From: the human T2T-CHM13v2.0 reference genome, Homo sapiens
Reading direction: 5' to 3' (one strand)
DNA: 64,000 nt
Assembly (NCBI RefSeq): GCF_009914755.1
Contig: NC_060944.1
Shown one piece after another: positions 26,831 to 42,169 of the stretch. Position 1 is the first letter of the stretch, and every line of letters begins with the position of its first letter. Under the pieces are notes generated by a model. That model worked only from the letters and a program-made list of their open reading frames with translations, ran no database searches and was not told the origin of the DNA. The position numbers and the translations under genes are program-made.

Positions 26831-27997
26831 ACTGGTTCAATCACAGTTTTTGAAATGAAGCATCATTGTTCAGTGCAAATCTTCCAGGGGAATTCAAATG
26901 TTAGATACAGAGAAGTAGAGACTGAGAAGAGAGCAAGGCCCATTTAAAAATATAAAAGTTTAGTTTTAAAAATGCTGTCTTTTTGACCTTTACAATGTGC
27001 ATATTTTGAATGAGAGTAAGCAAAAACAATTGATTTTTTTGTAAAGAAATGCTGAAGAAATACATTCATCAATACTGTAGTTTGAATATAAAGAAAATCA
27101 GAATATTTATAAATAGGAATATAAATAATATAGCACTCTTATTGGATAGCAATGGATTAAATGGGTATTTGCTACTCTACTGCTTTTTTTTGAGCTGATT
27201 ATAATTATATGAAATATATTTTAGGGCATGCAATTATAACTGTATGGGCATACCTAATAAATAATATGTCTATATCGCATAAAGTATAAATTATAAATAT
27301 ATATGAACTATATAAAAATATACTTTAGTCACTTAAAACACATAATAGAACATTTTATTCTGTTTTTTCATCTTTTTTTCTGAGTACGTAACTCTTGCAC
27401 TTGTCCCTTTCAGGCAATGCTTAAGAATGTATGTAACCAACAAATACAATGATAAATGTCTTTTGCAGCAAGCTTCAAAATCTCAAGAGATGTAGGGGCA
27501 GCATAAAACTCTAACCAGATAAATCCATGGTATATTGTCTGAGCCAAATGCTTTCTCTAAAATGAGAGAGATTCAAATCAGTGACAAGAAGGAGCATGTG
27601 GGGCTTAAGCTGACTGTAGGAGGACACAGGTGTGCTTCAGCACCACAAATGAACGCAGAATTATCTAAGAACACCTTGCCTTGCCAGCTATTTAATATCA
27701 CATGAAACGGGCCAAGAATGCAGTGATATTGAAACACCAATGCCAGTATTGTTTTTCCTGTGTCTATTCCAGCAATTGCTTCTTTGTTATTGTTGTTCAA
27801 TGAGGTGTTATTTCAATACTGAAGTAGAATTCATTAAAGTAAGGTTTGAGTGGAGATATTTTCACTGGTTGATTGGTTAAACTGAGGTTTCTTTTTGCCT
27901 CTCTAGTTATCCAGTGTATTGACAGCCATATTTTAACAAGAAAAAAATTTTGACTTCACACATTCACTCAGTAAATAACTACTTAGAAGGTTCTTGA

Positions 27998-28888
<891 letters not shown>

Positions 28889-29366
28889 TGTATATTGGTT
28901 TGCTAAGGCTTCTGTAACAAAGTGCACAAATTGAGCAGCTTAAACAATAGAAACAATAGAAATGTACTGCCTCACAGTACTGGAGGCTGGCAGTCTAAAC
29001 TCAAGGTATCGGCAGGGTTCCTTCTTTTTGAGGGCTGTGAGAATAGAGTCGGTTCCATCACTTTCTCCTGACTTCTGGCAGTTTGTTGACAGTCTTTCAT
29101 ATCCCTTCGTTCTAGAAGCATCAGCCCAATCTCCTGCCTTCATCTTCACTGTGAGTTCTCCCTGTGTGCACATCTGTATCCAAATTTCTCCTTTTCTAGA
29201 GATGCCGTTCATATTGGACTAGAGGCCCACCTTACTGTATCATGACTTCATCATAAGTAATTACATCAGTGGTGAGACCCTATTTGCAAATCAGGTCACA
29301 TTCTGAGGTACTGTGGTTTAGGTCTTCAAGGCAGGGATTTTTAGAGATACAATTCAATCCACAACA
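28889..29366 (-). mobile_element. MLT1C-like solo LTR (MaLR)
   Basis: tattggtttgctaagg..ctcacagtactggaggctgg..ggtcacattctgaggtactg..acaattcaatccacaaca. Confidence 0.88.
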
Positions 29367-30434
29367 GGGTACTACTCGTGGAAACAGAGAATACACAAAG
29401 ATAAACCAGTGTTTGTGGGAGGAAATTATTAATGCATCATTGGTTATGCTGAGTTTGAGGTACTAAGGGTTCATGCAAATAGCAAATATTTCTGGGACTG
29501 GACTTAAACAATTCTAGAACATAGAAACCAGCATCTCTCAAAAAAGAGAGGCCTTGGGTACACTGCCTACTATAATCTCTTTTATTTGTCTTTTTTGAAT
29601 TTAAAAAGTATTTAAATTATATTAGCAGAGGAACAGAAATTTAGATATTGCCTGGAAATTTTAAAAATCAGAAGGAAAGGGCCAAGTAGAAAAAATAGGA
29701 GACTCTTCCCAGATGAATTTCAACAGCTTGGTATTCGTGTGATGAGTTGTGATTAACAGGCAAGCAGGCCAAACGTGGTTAATAGAGCTGGGTCTTTGAG
29801 TTTTCTTTAGAAAATGTTGATTCTATAATATAAGTGACACATCTCCATACGCCCCAAAGCAGCATCTGGTTTGATATTGAGGTTTCACCTAACAGTTTTC
29901 TTCAGAAAACTGGAACATTTGGCCAATTTCTTAATATATTAATTTTAATAGATTTTCTGTTTCTAATGAAAACATTCTTGTGAAAACATTTGTTTTTCAT
30001 ATGCATAACTCCTTATTGCCCAATATACATAGGACCTTATATATGGTAGATGCTAAATACATCCAGTTGCTGGATGACTGTTGTGTAAATGTTTGGGACA
30101 CAACCTTTGAAAAGAATCTCAATAGCCCATAACTCCATGTAGCATACAGGCGCTCATATAATGCTCTCCCTTCCCCACTACACCACATGGGAATGTTATG
30201 GTTGCTAAGAAGCACAAATGATGCCACCAAATAAGTCTAACTTGGGTGCCAAGTCTGTTCTTCCAGTGGTATGGGCACTATCTTTAGGCAGAGGCATCCA
30301 GTAACAGTTGGAAAGAAACCCGTGTGACTGCGACCTGTACAATGCATGCAGGTGACAGTCTTCTCTGTGCCTCTAAATGTGACAGGCATCTTGGGGTTAT
30401 ACAAAAAAAAGTATATCAGATAGTGCCTTCTATG

Positions 30435-30680
30435 GAGACAGTCAAAAGCTAAGATTGTTGGAGTCAGATCGACATCTTCATATCCCAGCTCAGCCAGCTC
30501 TCGGGCTGTGTGACCCTGAGTGAGTCAGGAGCTTTCTCAGGTTCAACTTCTTTATAATGTGGAAATTGTAATAACATTACCTTTTAGGGTTATTGTGAGC
30601 ACAATGATTGTATAGAGATTAAGGCACATAAAGAAGTTCACAATAGTAGATATGGTTGTCAAAATTATCATCATAATTAT
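30435..30680 (+). mobile_element. MIR SINE
   Basis: ttggagtcagatcgac..tcccagctc..gctgtgtgaccctgag. Confidence 0.7.
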
Positions 30681-31462
30681 ACCAGAGACCTGAGGTTCCT
30701 GTGTACTTCATGAATCTATTAAGAAACCATTCCAGAAAGTAGGACCAGTGGGAGATGACCATAATAGCCATCGATATTGCAAATGGAGAGGGGCAAATAT
30801 GGGTGCTTCTGTGATCTGGGAGGGGCCTTGGAAGGAGGTAAGGCTTCAGTGGCCTTCAAAGATAGAGTCTTAAAAGAAGATTGAAAGGACAGAATAAAAA
30901 TGTACTGTCTGAACTCCACTATTTCAAACACTTGACTGATCTTTGACTTCTCTGAAACCTGTTCCTTAACACAATTTCTGAAGAAGGATTGGTTCTCACA
31001 ATATTTACTATTGTAAGCTTCATCAAACAGCCAAGTGATTTCTTTAAAAATAGGGGTTTTGACCTTTGCCTTTCCCTGGCTGGGAACTTAATCATCATTC
31101 TTTGGCCATAATAGGCCAACTCTATTTGTGGGCCTAGGACTTGATATTGGAGATCACGTGACATCCTTGTCCACGTCCTACGCAGCACAACTTGTCAAAC
31201 CAGAGCAGATGGCTCTTCCGAGTCTACCCCACTGGCAGAGGGTGAGGACGTGGGAAATGAAGAGGTCCTTTACAGCCTGGGCTTCTGGGTTGCTATGCCT
31301 GTCAAGCAGCAAATTATGATAAAAAGGGCCATGCAAAATTTAACATTTTTTTAATCTCTTGAGAACTGACTACAATGTTTACTCTTTTCTGGAGCTTCCC
31401 GGAATGTTTTATATAAAACTTTTGCTACTAAAATCCTTTGGAGTTTTAGAATGATGATGGGA

Positions 31463-31705
31463 AGTATAGCAGAGTTTAAGTTTTGGTTTGAGTCCACTAA
31501 ACCAGGTTCAAATGTATCAGTTGTGTGTCCCTGAGCATGTTACTTAACTTTTCTAAGTGTCAGTTTCCTCATCTGTTCAAGAGGAATGGATAATAAGGCC
31601 CTACTCGTAAGATTATAGTGAATATTAAGGATACAGTTGTATACTGCAAAAGGCTTTTGATACATGATAGAATAGGCCCTCAATAAACTCTAGTTATTGT
31701 TATTT
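31463..31705 (+). mobile_element. MIR SINE, near full length
   Basis: Core ttacttaac..cagtttcctcatctgt and end ctcaataaa..ttattgttatt. Confidence 0.85.
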
Positions 31706-31906
31706 TAATGGTGCCACACACAGGTGATCAAGGTTTCAGTGCCACAACCATTGAAAGCTTGGAGTCCCAATGCCAGTAATGTCATTTTTAAATTTTCAAG
31801 TCATGACAGCAGAATGGTGAGATGTTCTGCTACAGAGAATAGAAACTTTTAGAAATGGTTTCCTTCCAAGCAATGAGGTAAACCTCCTCTTAAAAAAAAA
31901 AAAAAT

Positions 31907-32412
31907 CTTAGTTTTCCATTGTTACAATTTCAAGCAGTGGCTTAAAACAGTAAGCACTTGCAAATTATGTGGCTAAACACAGTAGGCACTTTTTGGCATG
32001 TGAATCTATGGGACTATAGTTCAGGCCAAATGGCTCTGCTAGCCTCAGCTGTGTCTGGAAGTCAGCTGGTCATTGACTGACTAAGGCTAGGTCTGGCCAG
32101 GCCAACTATATTTGTTTCACCTGTCTTTTATCCGTTTCCCTGGGACAAGCCAGCCTGCCTGGACATGTTCTTCTCATGGTAGAGGTATAAGATAGAGCAA
32201 GTCCCCAAAGCAATCACCCAAATGCTTTGCTAGACTGCTTACATCACATCTGCTAGCATCTCATTGGCCAAAGCAAGTCACATGGCTGAGCACAGCATCA
32301 AGGGGCAGGGGAGGTGACTCTCACACTGTGGGGAAGTACAGTAAAGTCCCTGAGGGAAAGGATGTGGATACAGAGTCGGGGAAGAAGAGGGAGCATCATG
32401 TGATCTACCTCA
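31907..32412 (-). mobile_element. MLT1G/H-like MaLR LTR
   Basis: agtggcttaaaaca..catgttcttctcatgg..cattggccaaagcaagtcacatggc..ggatgtggatacag. Confidence 0.75.
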
Positions 32413-34263
32413 GCTTTAGAGTAACCGATAGCCAAGGGGCCATCACCTCACAGCGTCTAGACTCTGGGAAACAGACTTTTGCCCTAGTATTGATTCTTTG
32501 CCTGGAGTCGTATCATTTGCTTTAGTACCTGGCTATGGCGTTAATAATAATAGCACAGCAGAAAGGTTCAGTGATTCTTGTATAGCTACAGACTGAGCTT
32601 TATAAAATAACCTGGATGCTTATTTTAAGAATATAGACTCTGACAGTAGCAAGAATTTTTCTCAATTGTTTTGAAAAGGTTCTCACCTATTGAACAGCTA
32701 GGATGAGGAGGGTTGATTAGAATTTTCAGTGCATGCTCTGAATTATGCCATGGAGACATGTGCAAGACTAATTTGTTTGTAGCAACAGAGAAGCCAATCA
32801 TGATTAGATTTCCTGGCATGTTATTCACCTGCGAGGAGAGTCAGACTTGTGTCCAAGAATCTCAATGTGAATTTGGTCATAACTACATCCATACAGTGCT
32901 GGAGGGTTTGATAAGCTCTAGGTGTCCAAGCATGCTCTTCTAGAACTTAACTGACTTCTGCATGCACGCCAGCCTTCCTAGTGTAACTTAGGGCAGAGCT
33001 ATGTTTTACTTAGTTGCTATTGTCTTTGTATTTTATTTAATTATTATTAGGTAAATAACAGCTATCTGGAAGTGAAAAAGTCAACCATGATGGCTGATTT
33101 TTAGAGAAAATATATCTTGCTTTTACCCTCTGACTTCTAGCCCTTCAGTTCCTTGGGGAAATACTTGAACTCACTGAGCAGCGGTGGGGTCACAGTCTGG
33201 GCTTGTATGCCCTCATTTCCAGGCCGCATTCCTCAGAGGGGCCCTGAGTACTTTGGGAGCTGATAGAGTTTGGCTGTCATTTGAAAATGTTTTCCTGCTA
33301 AATGTTTTCATTTAGAAGCTAATTTATACTCTGCTTTCAAGTAAGCTTAACTCCATTTCACATCCCTGACATGTAGCACACACTGCAGTGACTGGGATGG
33401 AAGTAGACAATTCAATCAAAGGATGTTTTCTCCGTGGAGGAAATGAATATTATTTGTTCATCTTGCAATTCAGAATTCTGAGAAAATTATGATGTTTGGC
33501 AAAGGCACTGGCAAGACAGAAAGACAAATAAATTGCATGGTGTGAGAACAGCCTTCTTAATATGAAGGTTTCCTTAAAACAGTGGGTATTGGCTGCAGGC
33601 AAAATATTAAGCTGCAAATCACTGGTTTGCAACTTCTTGATCATCGGTTGTAATCCCAAGAACATATTTAATTTCATATTTAGTCCTAATTTCTTTTTGT
33701 TCCGTAATGATATTTCTGTCACTCAAAATAAGCCATCTGTTGGCAGCAGCCCACAGGAAACAGATACTGCACACTCAGTAATCTTGGAGTGAGTCTGTTG
33801 CATTGTGAGAATGAAAAACGGGCCTCTTCAGAATCATAGGGTCACCTTTAAAATTCCTAATTTTTCTTTTTGTCTTCTCTTTGGCCATATGTAGTAGTGG
33901 AAATAAATCTTGTTTCATTGTCTTTTCTGAGATGTTTGTGACCAGAGGTCAGTGCTTTGGACTCGAGGATTAGAGAGTTTCCAGCTCTGCTTGGAGATGC
34001 ATTTCCCATTTTTTTAACCCTCTATTTAATCAATACCTAGCTTTGCCATATTTTCAAGAAAAAATATACCTGGAAGTATTGACCAGAAATCAAGCCTATG
34101 GCAAAAGAATGCCTTCCATTTGAAGGTTATGAGATGGAGGGCAGGATGTAAGACAGGGAGCACCATGATGTGAGGAGTGGGCAGAATTTGATAAATTGAC
34201 ATTATCTCCATCTAGTCTTTGACCACGCGTATTTGAACAGAATTCCAAATGGAAAGAAGAGAC

Positions 34264-34544
<281 letters not shown>

Positions 34545-34565
34545 GAGACTCTGACCATGACTTCA

Positions 34566-34770
34566 CATGATAGCTAACACTTCTTGAACGTCTGCAGAGA
34601 CTGTGCTAAATGACTGTAAATGGATTTTCTCCTTTATTCCTCTCAACAACCCCAGCAAGTTTCTCATAATATTATTTGCATTGTAAGGATGAGAAAACAG
34701 TCTCAGAGCTCCATAGCTATTAAGTGATAGAATCTTGATGTGACAGCCAGGGCAGCTTGATTTCAAGATA
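34566..34770 (-). mobile_element. MIR SINE
   Basis: atagctaacac..actgtgctaaatg..cctctcaacaaccc..gatgagaaaac. Confidence 0.7.
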
Positions 34771-34905
34771 TCTCAATACTGAAGTTAAAACTTGGAATGG
34801 GTTAAAAATGAAGTTGTTCTATCCATCATGCCTGCAGAAAACCTCCTAAGAATAAAGAAAATAATTCAGATTCACATAAAAGAAAATGTTAGAGATATTG
34901 AAATG
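34600..34905 (+). repeat. 306-bp local duplication, putative donor copy (partner 39046-39350)
   Basis: About 19 differences in 306 bp by manual alignment. Confidence 0.97.
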
Positions 34906-36331
34906 GACACTCAAAGCACATCAATGCAAAGGTGAGGGAGACAGAGGAGCTTTTGATCTTCCCTTTTGTTCCCTCATGTTTTGAAACATGCTTCCTTTTG
35001 ATGCCAGCTCTTTAGAGGTTGCTGCACTCAAGCTTTAGATGACTCTTCTATCTCCCAGAGCAATTAAAAGGTAATGTCACTATTTTACCACGTGACGCTT
35101 GACATCTGATTCATATATCACTCAGCCTGAAGGCATATTTTTCATACTCACTTGGGTGCATGTCAAGCAGTGAATTGATCTCTTTTAGGATTCAAAAGGA
35201 ATCCCCTTTTCCAAAGGAGATTCTGGTGAGTGAACAAAATGAATGTCCCTATTACTTCCCATCTCCTTTAATTAGCAAGCCAGAGAGCTAACAATTATCT
35301 CACCTGTCAGCTCTCTTGACAGCTTGCTGTTGAATCGGAACCAAAGAGAGATCACCTGCCCCAATTTCAAACCCCAGCAATTGATATCAAAGTCTCCACC
35401 ACCCAAGGTCTACTTAAAGCCCATTAGTGTGGCCTTCACTATATTTCAGTTTCAGTTACCTCAAACCAATATCTCAGATTATTCCTCCTTCCATCATGGA
35501 TATTCTGACTCATAAATGTCAGTACATGGTGGAGGTTGCCTCATCTCACAAATTTCCACTGTCAAAATATTCTCAGCAGTACTAGACAGATGGAACCAAT
35601 CCAGGGAGCAAAACAAATGCTACCCCAGCTTTTGGCGCACTCCAAATGTAGCGGTACTAGCTGTTCTTATCTCATAATATGCCTATCGCCATCATTTTTT
35701 CCCCTAACAATCTGTCCATGATGACAAGTTCTATTCCATGTTCTTGATGAGGGATCATGTCTCTAAGCCATATGTTGTAACTGGAAGACTAGCCCAGTTG
35801 TTGCCTTTACGTTTTTAAATAAGTGGAATAATACCGCTCATATTACCTTCCATTATCTTAGTACTTATCTCAGTCTGGTTCTGTATCCTCATCATTTCCC
35901 TGACTGAGAAAACTAAAGAATAATGTGTAATGTGATCGCAAATTTGTAAGATGGAATAAAGCATTTAGTCGTTCTCCTCTGCCAAATTTTTTGATTCCCA
36001 TTTTCAGAGGATGATTTGTCTCCTGCCATAAGTGGACATGGTGCCACTGAGCATGTAGCAGGACCGAGCAGCTGGCCAAGACAGATGGATTCCTGTGTTG
36101 ATCTAGTGAAGTTTCACCTTTGTAAATCTTCCTTGCTTTCTCATGCCTATTAAGCGATCTTCATCTCAGAACAGCCTCTTTGCCCTGGTTTTACCCTCTC
36201 TAGTAATTGTGTCTCAGTGAACTGTGGTTTTAGTACAAGTACCCTATGAAAGATGTTTGCAACTCTGGTCATAGTTGGGAAGTCACCACATACTATGCTT
36301 TGGATTCATCCAAATAACCCTTCTCTCATTG

Positions 36332-36422
36332 CCATCTATCTATATCCATTTACTTATCCATCCCTATCCCCCTCCCTTCCTCCATCCATTCATCCATCCA
36401 CCATCCATCTGTCCACCTATCT
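36332..36422. repeat. Degenerate (TCCA)n simple repeat
   Basis: ccatccattcatccatccaccatccatc. Confidence 0.8.
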
Positions 36423-36574
36423 GGTCATTTAATATTTCTTTTGGAAACAGTTTTGGAACTTAGCTTTACCTTGTGATCTGATTATATGAAATTAATCTAG
36501 CCTTTTCTGATTTATCTAGGAAAGACCTTCTTTTTCAGAGTTCTAATTAAGGGTTTGAAATGCCACAGTTAAAA

Positions 36575-37454
<880 letters not shown>

Positions 37455-38159
37455 AAAACAATATATGACTGAGTTACTTAGCACTTCAAGGGAAAGCCTA
37501 CCATTTTGTTTTATAGAAATGGGCTAATTCTTCTTCTAGTTTTCACCTTTCTGTTTTAAACTATAGCTTGTCTTGCAAGCTTTGCTGCTAGAGATTGAGG
37601 TAGAAATGGATCTAGAAACTATGGCTGTATGTCAATTTCATTTCCTCAAAGGATCATATATTTTATGCAGATATGGAGAGAATATCTAAGCTGCAAGAGT
37701 TTGGAGGTGAATAGAAGAAAAATAGAAGATTTTGTAGGTTATCCACATCAATCTATATACTCCTAGTTTAGGTTCTCATATTGTGTTATATACCAAATGT
37801 ATACATCTCTTGATGACTGGATACTTTGTGAGGCCTTCTGTTAGTCTTTGGATAATGTATAATTCAACACAGACAGAGGTTTTATTTTGACCCTTAAGTC
37901 TCACCTCCAGGGAGGGAAGAGAAGCCTTCACATTGCTGTCACAATTCTCCAGATGGTCCTAAAAGGAGCTCACTTTTCTTGTCTGCCCCAGTCCCAGTCG
38001 TCATATCCTATAATCGAAGCAGCTTCCTCTTGCATCTTCCTAAATTACCACTTAGCATATTCCCTGACTGTGGGCATATTCAGTCAGGGAACATGTTAAC
38101 TCAAACCAAATATTGTCTGTGCATTTTCTATCTATGTGCATATCAACCTTTTTTTTTTC

Positions 38160-39022
38160 AGCGCTATCTGAACATTAAGCATTAAGTTTGCGACATTGCT
38201 GCTTCATTCCAAATGCGACATATATACCCTAAGAAAAAGGACATTTTCTTATATAAGCACAAGAGCAGTATCATACTCAAGAAACTTGGCATTAATACAG
38301 TAATATATCTAACATTCAGTTTATATTCAGATTTCCCCAGTTGACCCAATGATGTTTTCTGGTTTTGTTTTTGTTAATAGAGTATCTTTATTAATACAGT
38401 ATCTAATGCATCACATTTACTTGTCAGATCTCTTTATCATCCTGTAATCTAGAAAAGTTTCTCCATCTATTTTGGAGTGGTGTTTGGTAAAATTAACATT
38501 TTTAGAGAATTCATACCCACTGTTTTATTATTTAAAATAAGAAATATTTAAATAAATATTTAAAATAAGAAATATTTAAATAAATATTTAAAATAAGAAA
38601 TATTTAAATAAATATTTAAAATAAGAAATATTTATTATTCAGATAAAAATGTGTCTTATTATTTCTTCCTGATTAAATTCAGATTATGAATTTGGGGTAG
38701 GAATATTTATAGATGATATTATTCCTTTCCAGTATATCCCATCAGGAGATACTTATCATCAGTTAGTCCCATTATTTGTAATTAAAAGTTTGATTCCGTT
38801 ACCAGGATGGTGTCCTCCATATTTTTTATTGTATCACTTTTTTATTCCATATTTTTTCATTTTAATAGTTTATGAGCAATCAAGAAGTGACACTCTGACA
38901 CTGTGCAAATATTCAGTTCCCCAACCAGTTTTCATACTATGGTTTTCACATCCACTGATGAGTCTCACCTGAGTCAACCATTATATTGATGGCTGCAAAC
39001 TGATGACCTTCTAATCCTGTTC
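38160..39022 (-). mobile_element. Old L1M (L1MC/MD-like) 3' region
   Basis: ctaagaaaaaggacatt..cagatttccccagttg..tgtgcaaatattcagttcc..gatggctgcaaactgatga. Confidence 0.7.
38529..38634. repeat. AT-rich minisatellite, 28-bp unit x ~3.8 perfect copies
   Basis: Unit tatttaaaataagaaatatttaaataaa starting at 38529, 38557, 38585, 38613. Confidence 0.95.
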
Positions 39023-39045
39023 CCTGCCGGGGTAGCACAACAGGC

Positions 39046-39350
39046 ACTGGGCTAAATGATTGTACATGGATTTTCTCCTTTATTCCTCTCAACAACCCCA
39101 GCAATTTCTCATAATATTATTTGCATTGTAAGGATGAGAAAACAGTCTCAGAGCTCCATAGCTATTAAATATCAGAATCTTGATGTGACAGCCAGGGCAG
39201 CTTGATTTCAAGGTATCTCAATACTGAAGTGAAAATTTGGAATGGGTTAAAAATGAAGCTGTTTTATCCAGCGTGCCTGCAGAAAACCTCTTAAGAATAA
39301 AGAAAATAATTCAGATTCACTTAAAAGAAAGTGTTAGAGATACTGAAATG
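39046..39350 (+). repeat. 305-bp local duplication, putative inserted copy (partner 34600-34905)
   Basis: Offset 4446/4445 bp, one 1-nt indel. Confidence 0.97.
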
Positions 39351-39790
39351 TCCTATGTCCCCATTCCATGTGGGTGTAGGGAAGGAGATAGGCAATGTGA
39401 AGCCAGGGAGGGCTGTGGAGGTTCAGCTGCTCCATTTATAGGCTTTCAACAGATCGCCCTGTTTTCAGCCCTAAGCCTTACCCCTTTGCTTAGGGCTACT
39501 GGGTATCTCCACTTCAGAATCCTCTACAGAGTTCCCTGGCAACAGTCAACACACTCTGACTACTTCTCAGCAGGCTCTCCTATTTCAGTTCTTCTTCCTT
39601 ACTATCTGTTATCTCTCATTTAATATTTAAAAAAAAAAAAAAACTACATCTCTTGTCTTTTGTCACCTCGTTTTTCATTCTCTTTGTGGGCTTTTATTTA
39701 TTTATTTATCATATTATTATTTTACCATAACTTTAGTGGACTTTCAGAAGGGACCGAAGAGAAAAAACATGTACTAAAACATGTGCTCAC
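39351..39790 (-). mobile_element. Old L1M fragment
   Basis: Ends in tttagtggactttcagaaggga..aaacatgt, which is L1M-like. Confidence 0.45.
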
Positions 39791-39887
39791 GTTTTGTGTA
39801 TGTTGGTATTTTTATTCTTCAGTTTTACAGATGCGTGCCTTACATTTCTACTCACATCATGTTGTTTCATGTAGCAGAATATTTTCA

Positions 39888-40178
39888 GGCTGGGCGCGGT
39901 GGCTCACGCCTGTAATCTCAACACTTTGGGAGGCCAAGGCGGGTGCATCAGGAGTTAGAGACCAGCCTGGGCAACATGGCGGAACCCCGTCTCTACAAAA
40001 AATAAAAACTTAGCCGGATGTGATGGTGTGGGCCTGTGGTCCCAGCTGCTTTGGAGGCTGAGGCAGGAGGATTAGTTGAGCCTGAGGAGGTCAAGGCTGC
40101 AGTGAGCGGAACTAGCATCCCTGCACTCCAGCCTGGCAGACAGAGTGAGACCCTGCCTCAAAAAAAAAAAAAAAAAAA
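39888..40178 (+). mobile_element. AluJ (Jb-like) with ~10-nt deletion
   Basis: gaggtcaaggctgcagtgagc; TSD agaatatttt. Confidence 0.92.
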
Positions 40179-40792
40179 GAATATTTTATTTCTGTGTAAA
40201 CAGATTATTATTCCTTTTTTATTTATGATAATTATATAAGCACTTATTACTTTCATATAAGGAGAAAATCTTCTTCAAATTTTTATATGCATACATTTTT
40301 TTCTTCAAGGAAATCTATGATTAAGCCTCTTTTATAAAAAGGTATGCTTTATGAATTAATTAGAGCTAGGGAAGTTAGGTAAGTATATGGAGTAGGAACA
40401 CATGTTTTCCTCCCCTCCTCATAGGTTTCTAGAAGTTCTTCTCTTTTTTGGAAGACAGAGGAATTATCACTGCCTTGCCAGAAGTAGCATCTGGGCCTTT
40501 GGTGTATTCTTCAGCTTGTTTATTGACAGCTTGTAAACGTGCATAGATGTTCACAGTCTTTCTTTAGTTTTCTTGACCATTCTGAAATCTTTAAATGATC
40601 TTTTCCTGTCCATGGCCCTTTTAGTCATCACCAAACTAGATCTGGTCCTCAGAGAATCCTGATTTCTTGAAAATCTCTCATTATTCCGCAATACTCCAAT
40701 CTGCTATTAAGTGAATACTAGAAACAAAGTGGTAGGCACTCAGGATGTTAGGTTTTGGGGTGTTTTTGTTTTTAATGCTGTATGTGAAGGTG

Positions 40793-41296
40793 TGCATGGC
40801 AGTTGATAAGGATGCCTACTCTGTTTCCCTTGGCCCAGCTGAGTTTACCTGCAGCCTTCATGGACAGTTCCCAGATAACACAGACAGCTTCCATGTCAAA
40901 AACCTCCATCTCCCACTCCTTTCCTGGGGACTTCTACAGTGCCATGGTAGTTTTACTCAGTTCTGGTGAATAGCAGCCTAGAAGTGACAAGAATTTAATG
41001 CCTCCAAGGGCATCCCTTAATCAATATGGGAGAAGATTCACTGAATAAATAATCTGGTATCTCAGTCCCTCATTGGCACTGTTTTAAGAATGTCCTATAT
41101 GAGTCCTCAGAAAAAATCTGAGCCTCAGTTGCCTACATGGGTTACCCTCTCGTTAAAACTCCTCTTATTGGATTTCTCCCTTCTCAGTTGCCTTTCCTAT
41201 CACCTCCCCTGTTCTTCCTGGGATCATCCCAAATAAACTAACTGAATCCAAGTCTTTGTCTCAGGGTCTGCTTTTGAGGGAACTCAAACTAAGACA
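40793..41296 (+). mobile_element. LTR16-family (ERVL) solo LTR
   Basis: 3' end gggatcatcccaaataaacta..gtctcagggtctgcttttgagggaactcaaactaagaca. Confidence 0.8.
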
Positions 41297-41439
41297 ATTA
41301 CAAAGACTAAAAATTTCCAGAGAAAGTGTAATTATATGTTGTTGGAAATTTACTCTGCTGAGGGGAAGTGCACAGGAAATTATTCTTTTTAGATCTATTA
41401 ACAGGCAACTGGTAAATTTATGTTATAAATAACATGGTA

Positions 41440-41650
41440 ATTTACTCAAAAATTTCTGGAACCCCTACTAGGTGCCAGGCTTTCTGCTAGGGACTGAGAA
41501 CACACGAGTCGACAAAATAAACATAACCCATCCCTCTCCATCATAGAGCTTAGATTCTAATGGTGATATGGACAAATCATGTCAATTATAATTCAGATTG
41601 GGGCATGCTATGCTAGAGGAAGTCCCATTACTGCAGGAATACATAGGGTC
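41440..41650 (-). mobile_element. L2 3' end
   Basis: cctactaggtgccaggc..tgctagggactgag..tagagcttagattcta. Confidence 0.7.
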
Positions 41651-41710
41651 AGAAAGACTGTGTTCACCCCTGTTTCTCAACATCTAGCACAAAACCTGGC
41701 ATATGATGGG

Positions 41711-42021
41711 TATTTGTTTGTTTATTTGTTCGAGATAGAGTCTCACTCTGTCACCCAGGCTGGAATGCAGTGGTGGTGATAGCTCACTGCAACCTCTGCC
41801 TCTGGGGCTTGAGCGATCTCCTACCTCAGCCTCCCAAGTAGCTGGGACTACAGGCACACACCACCATGCCCAGCTAATTTTTGTAATTTTTAGTAGAGTT
41901 GGGGTTCCACCATGTTGCCCAGGCCAGTCCTGAACTCCTAAGATCAAGCGATCCACCTGCCTCAGCCTCCCAAAATTCCAGGATTACAGGCATGCTGGGC
42001 ACATTGTGGACGTGCCCGGCC
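41711..42021 (-). mobile_element. AluJ/old AluS with rearranged 5' end
   Basis: Dimer structure; TSD-like tgggtattt. Confidence 0.9.
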
Positions 42022-42169
42022 ACCTTGGGTATTTTGGAAGTATTTATTGAGTAAAAGAAGCATATTCAAGAATGAGTTTATATTCAAAGAATTGCAAAAA
42101 AAGATCAATGTCCTACAGAATAAAGCAGATAGAGGCACGGACAAGAATCAGGACTTGTAGGCCGTTGAA

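Noticed and set aside
27636-27646. REST/RE1 left half TTCAGCACCAC
   Set aside because: The right half (GGACAG) is absent
31153-31162. ATCACGTGAC CLEAR/USF-like E-box and about ten CACGTG sites in the window
   Set aside because: Scattered single hexamers; no clustering I can distinguish from chance
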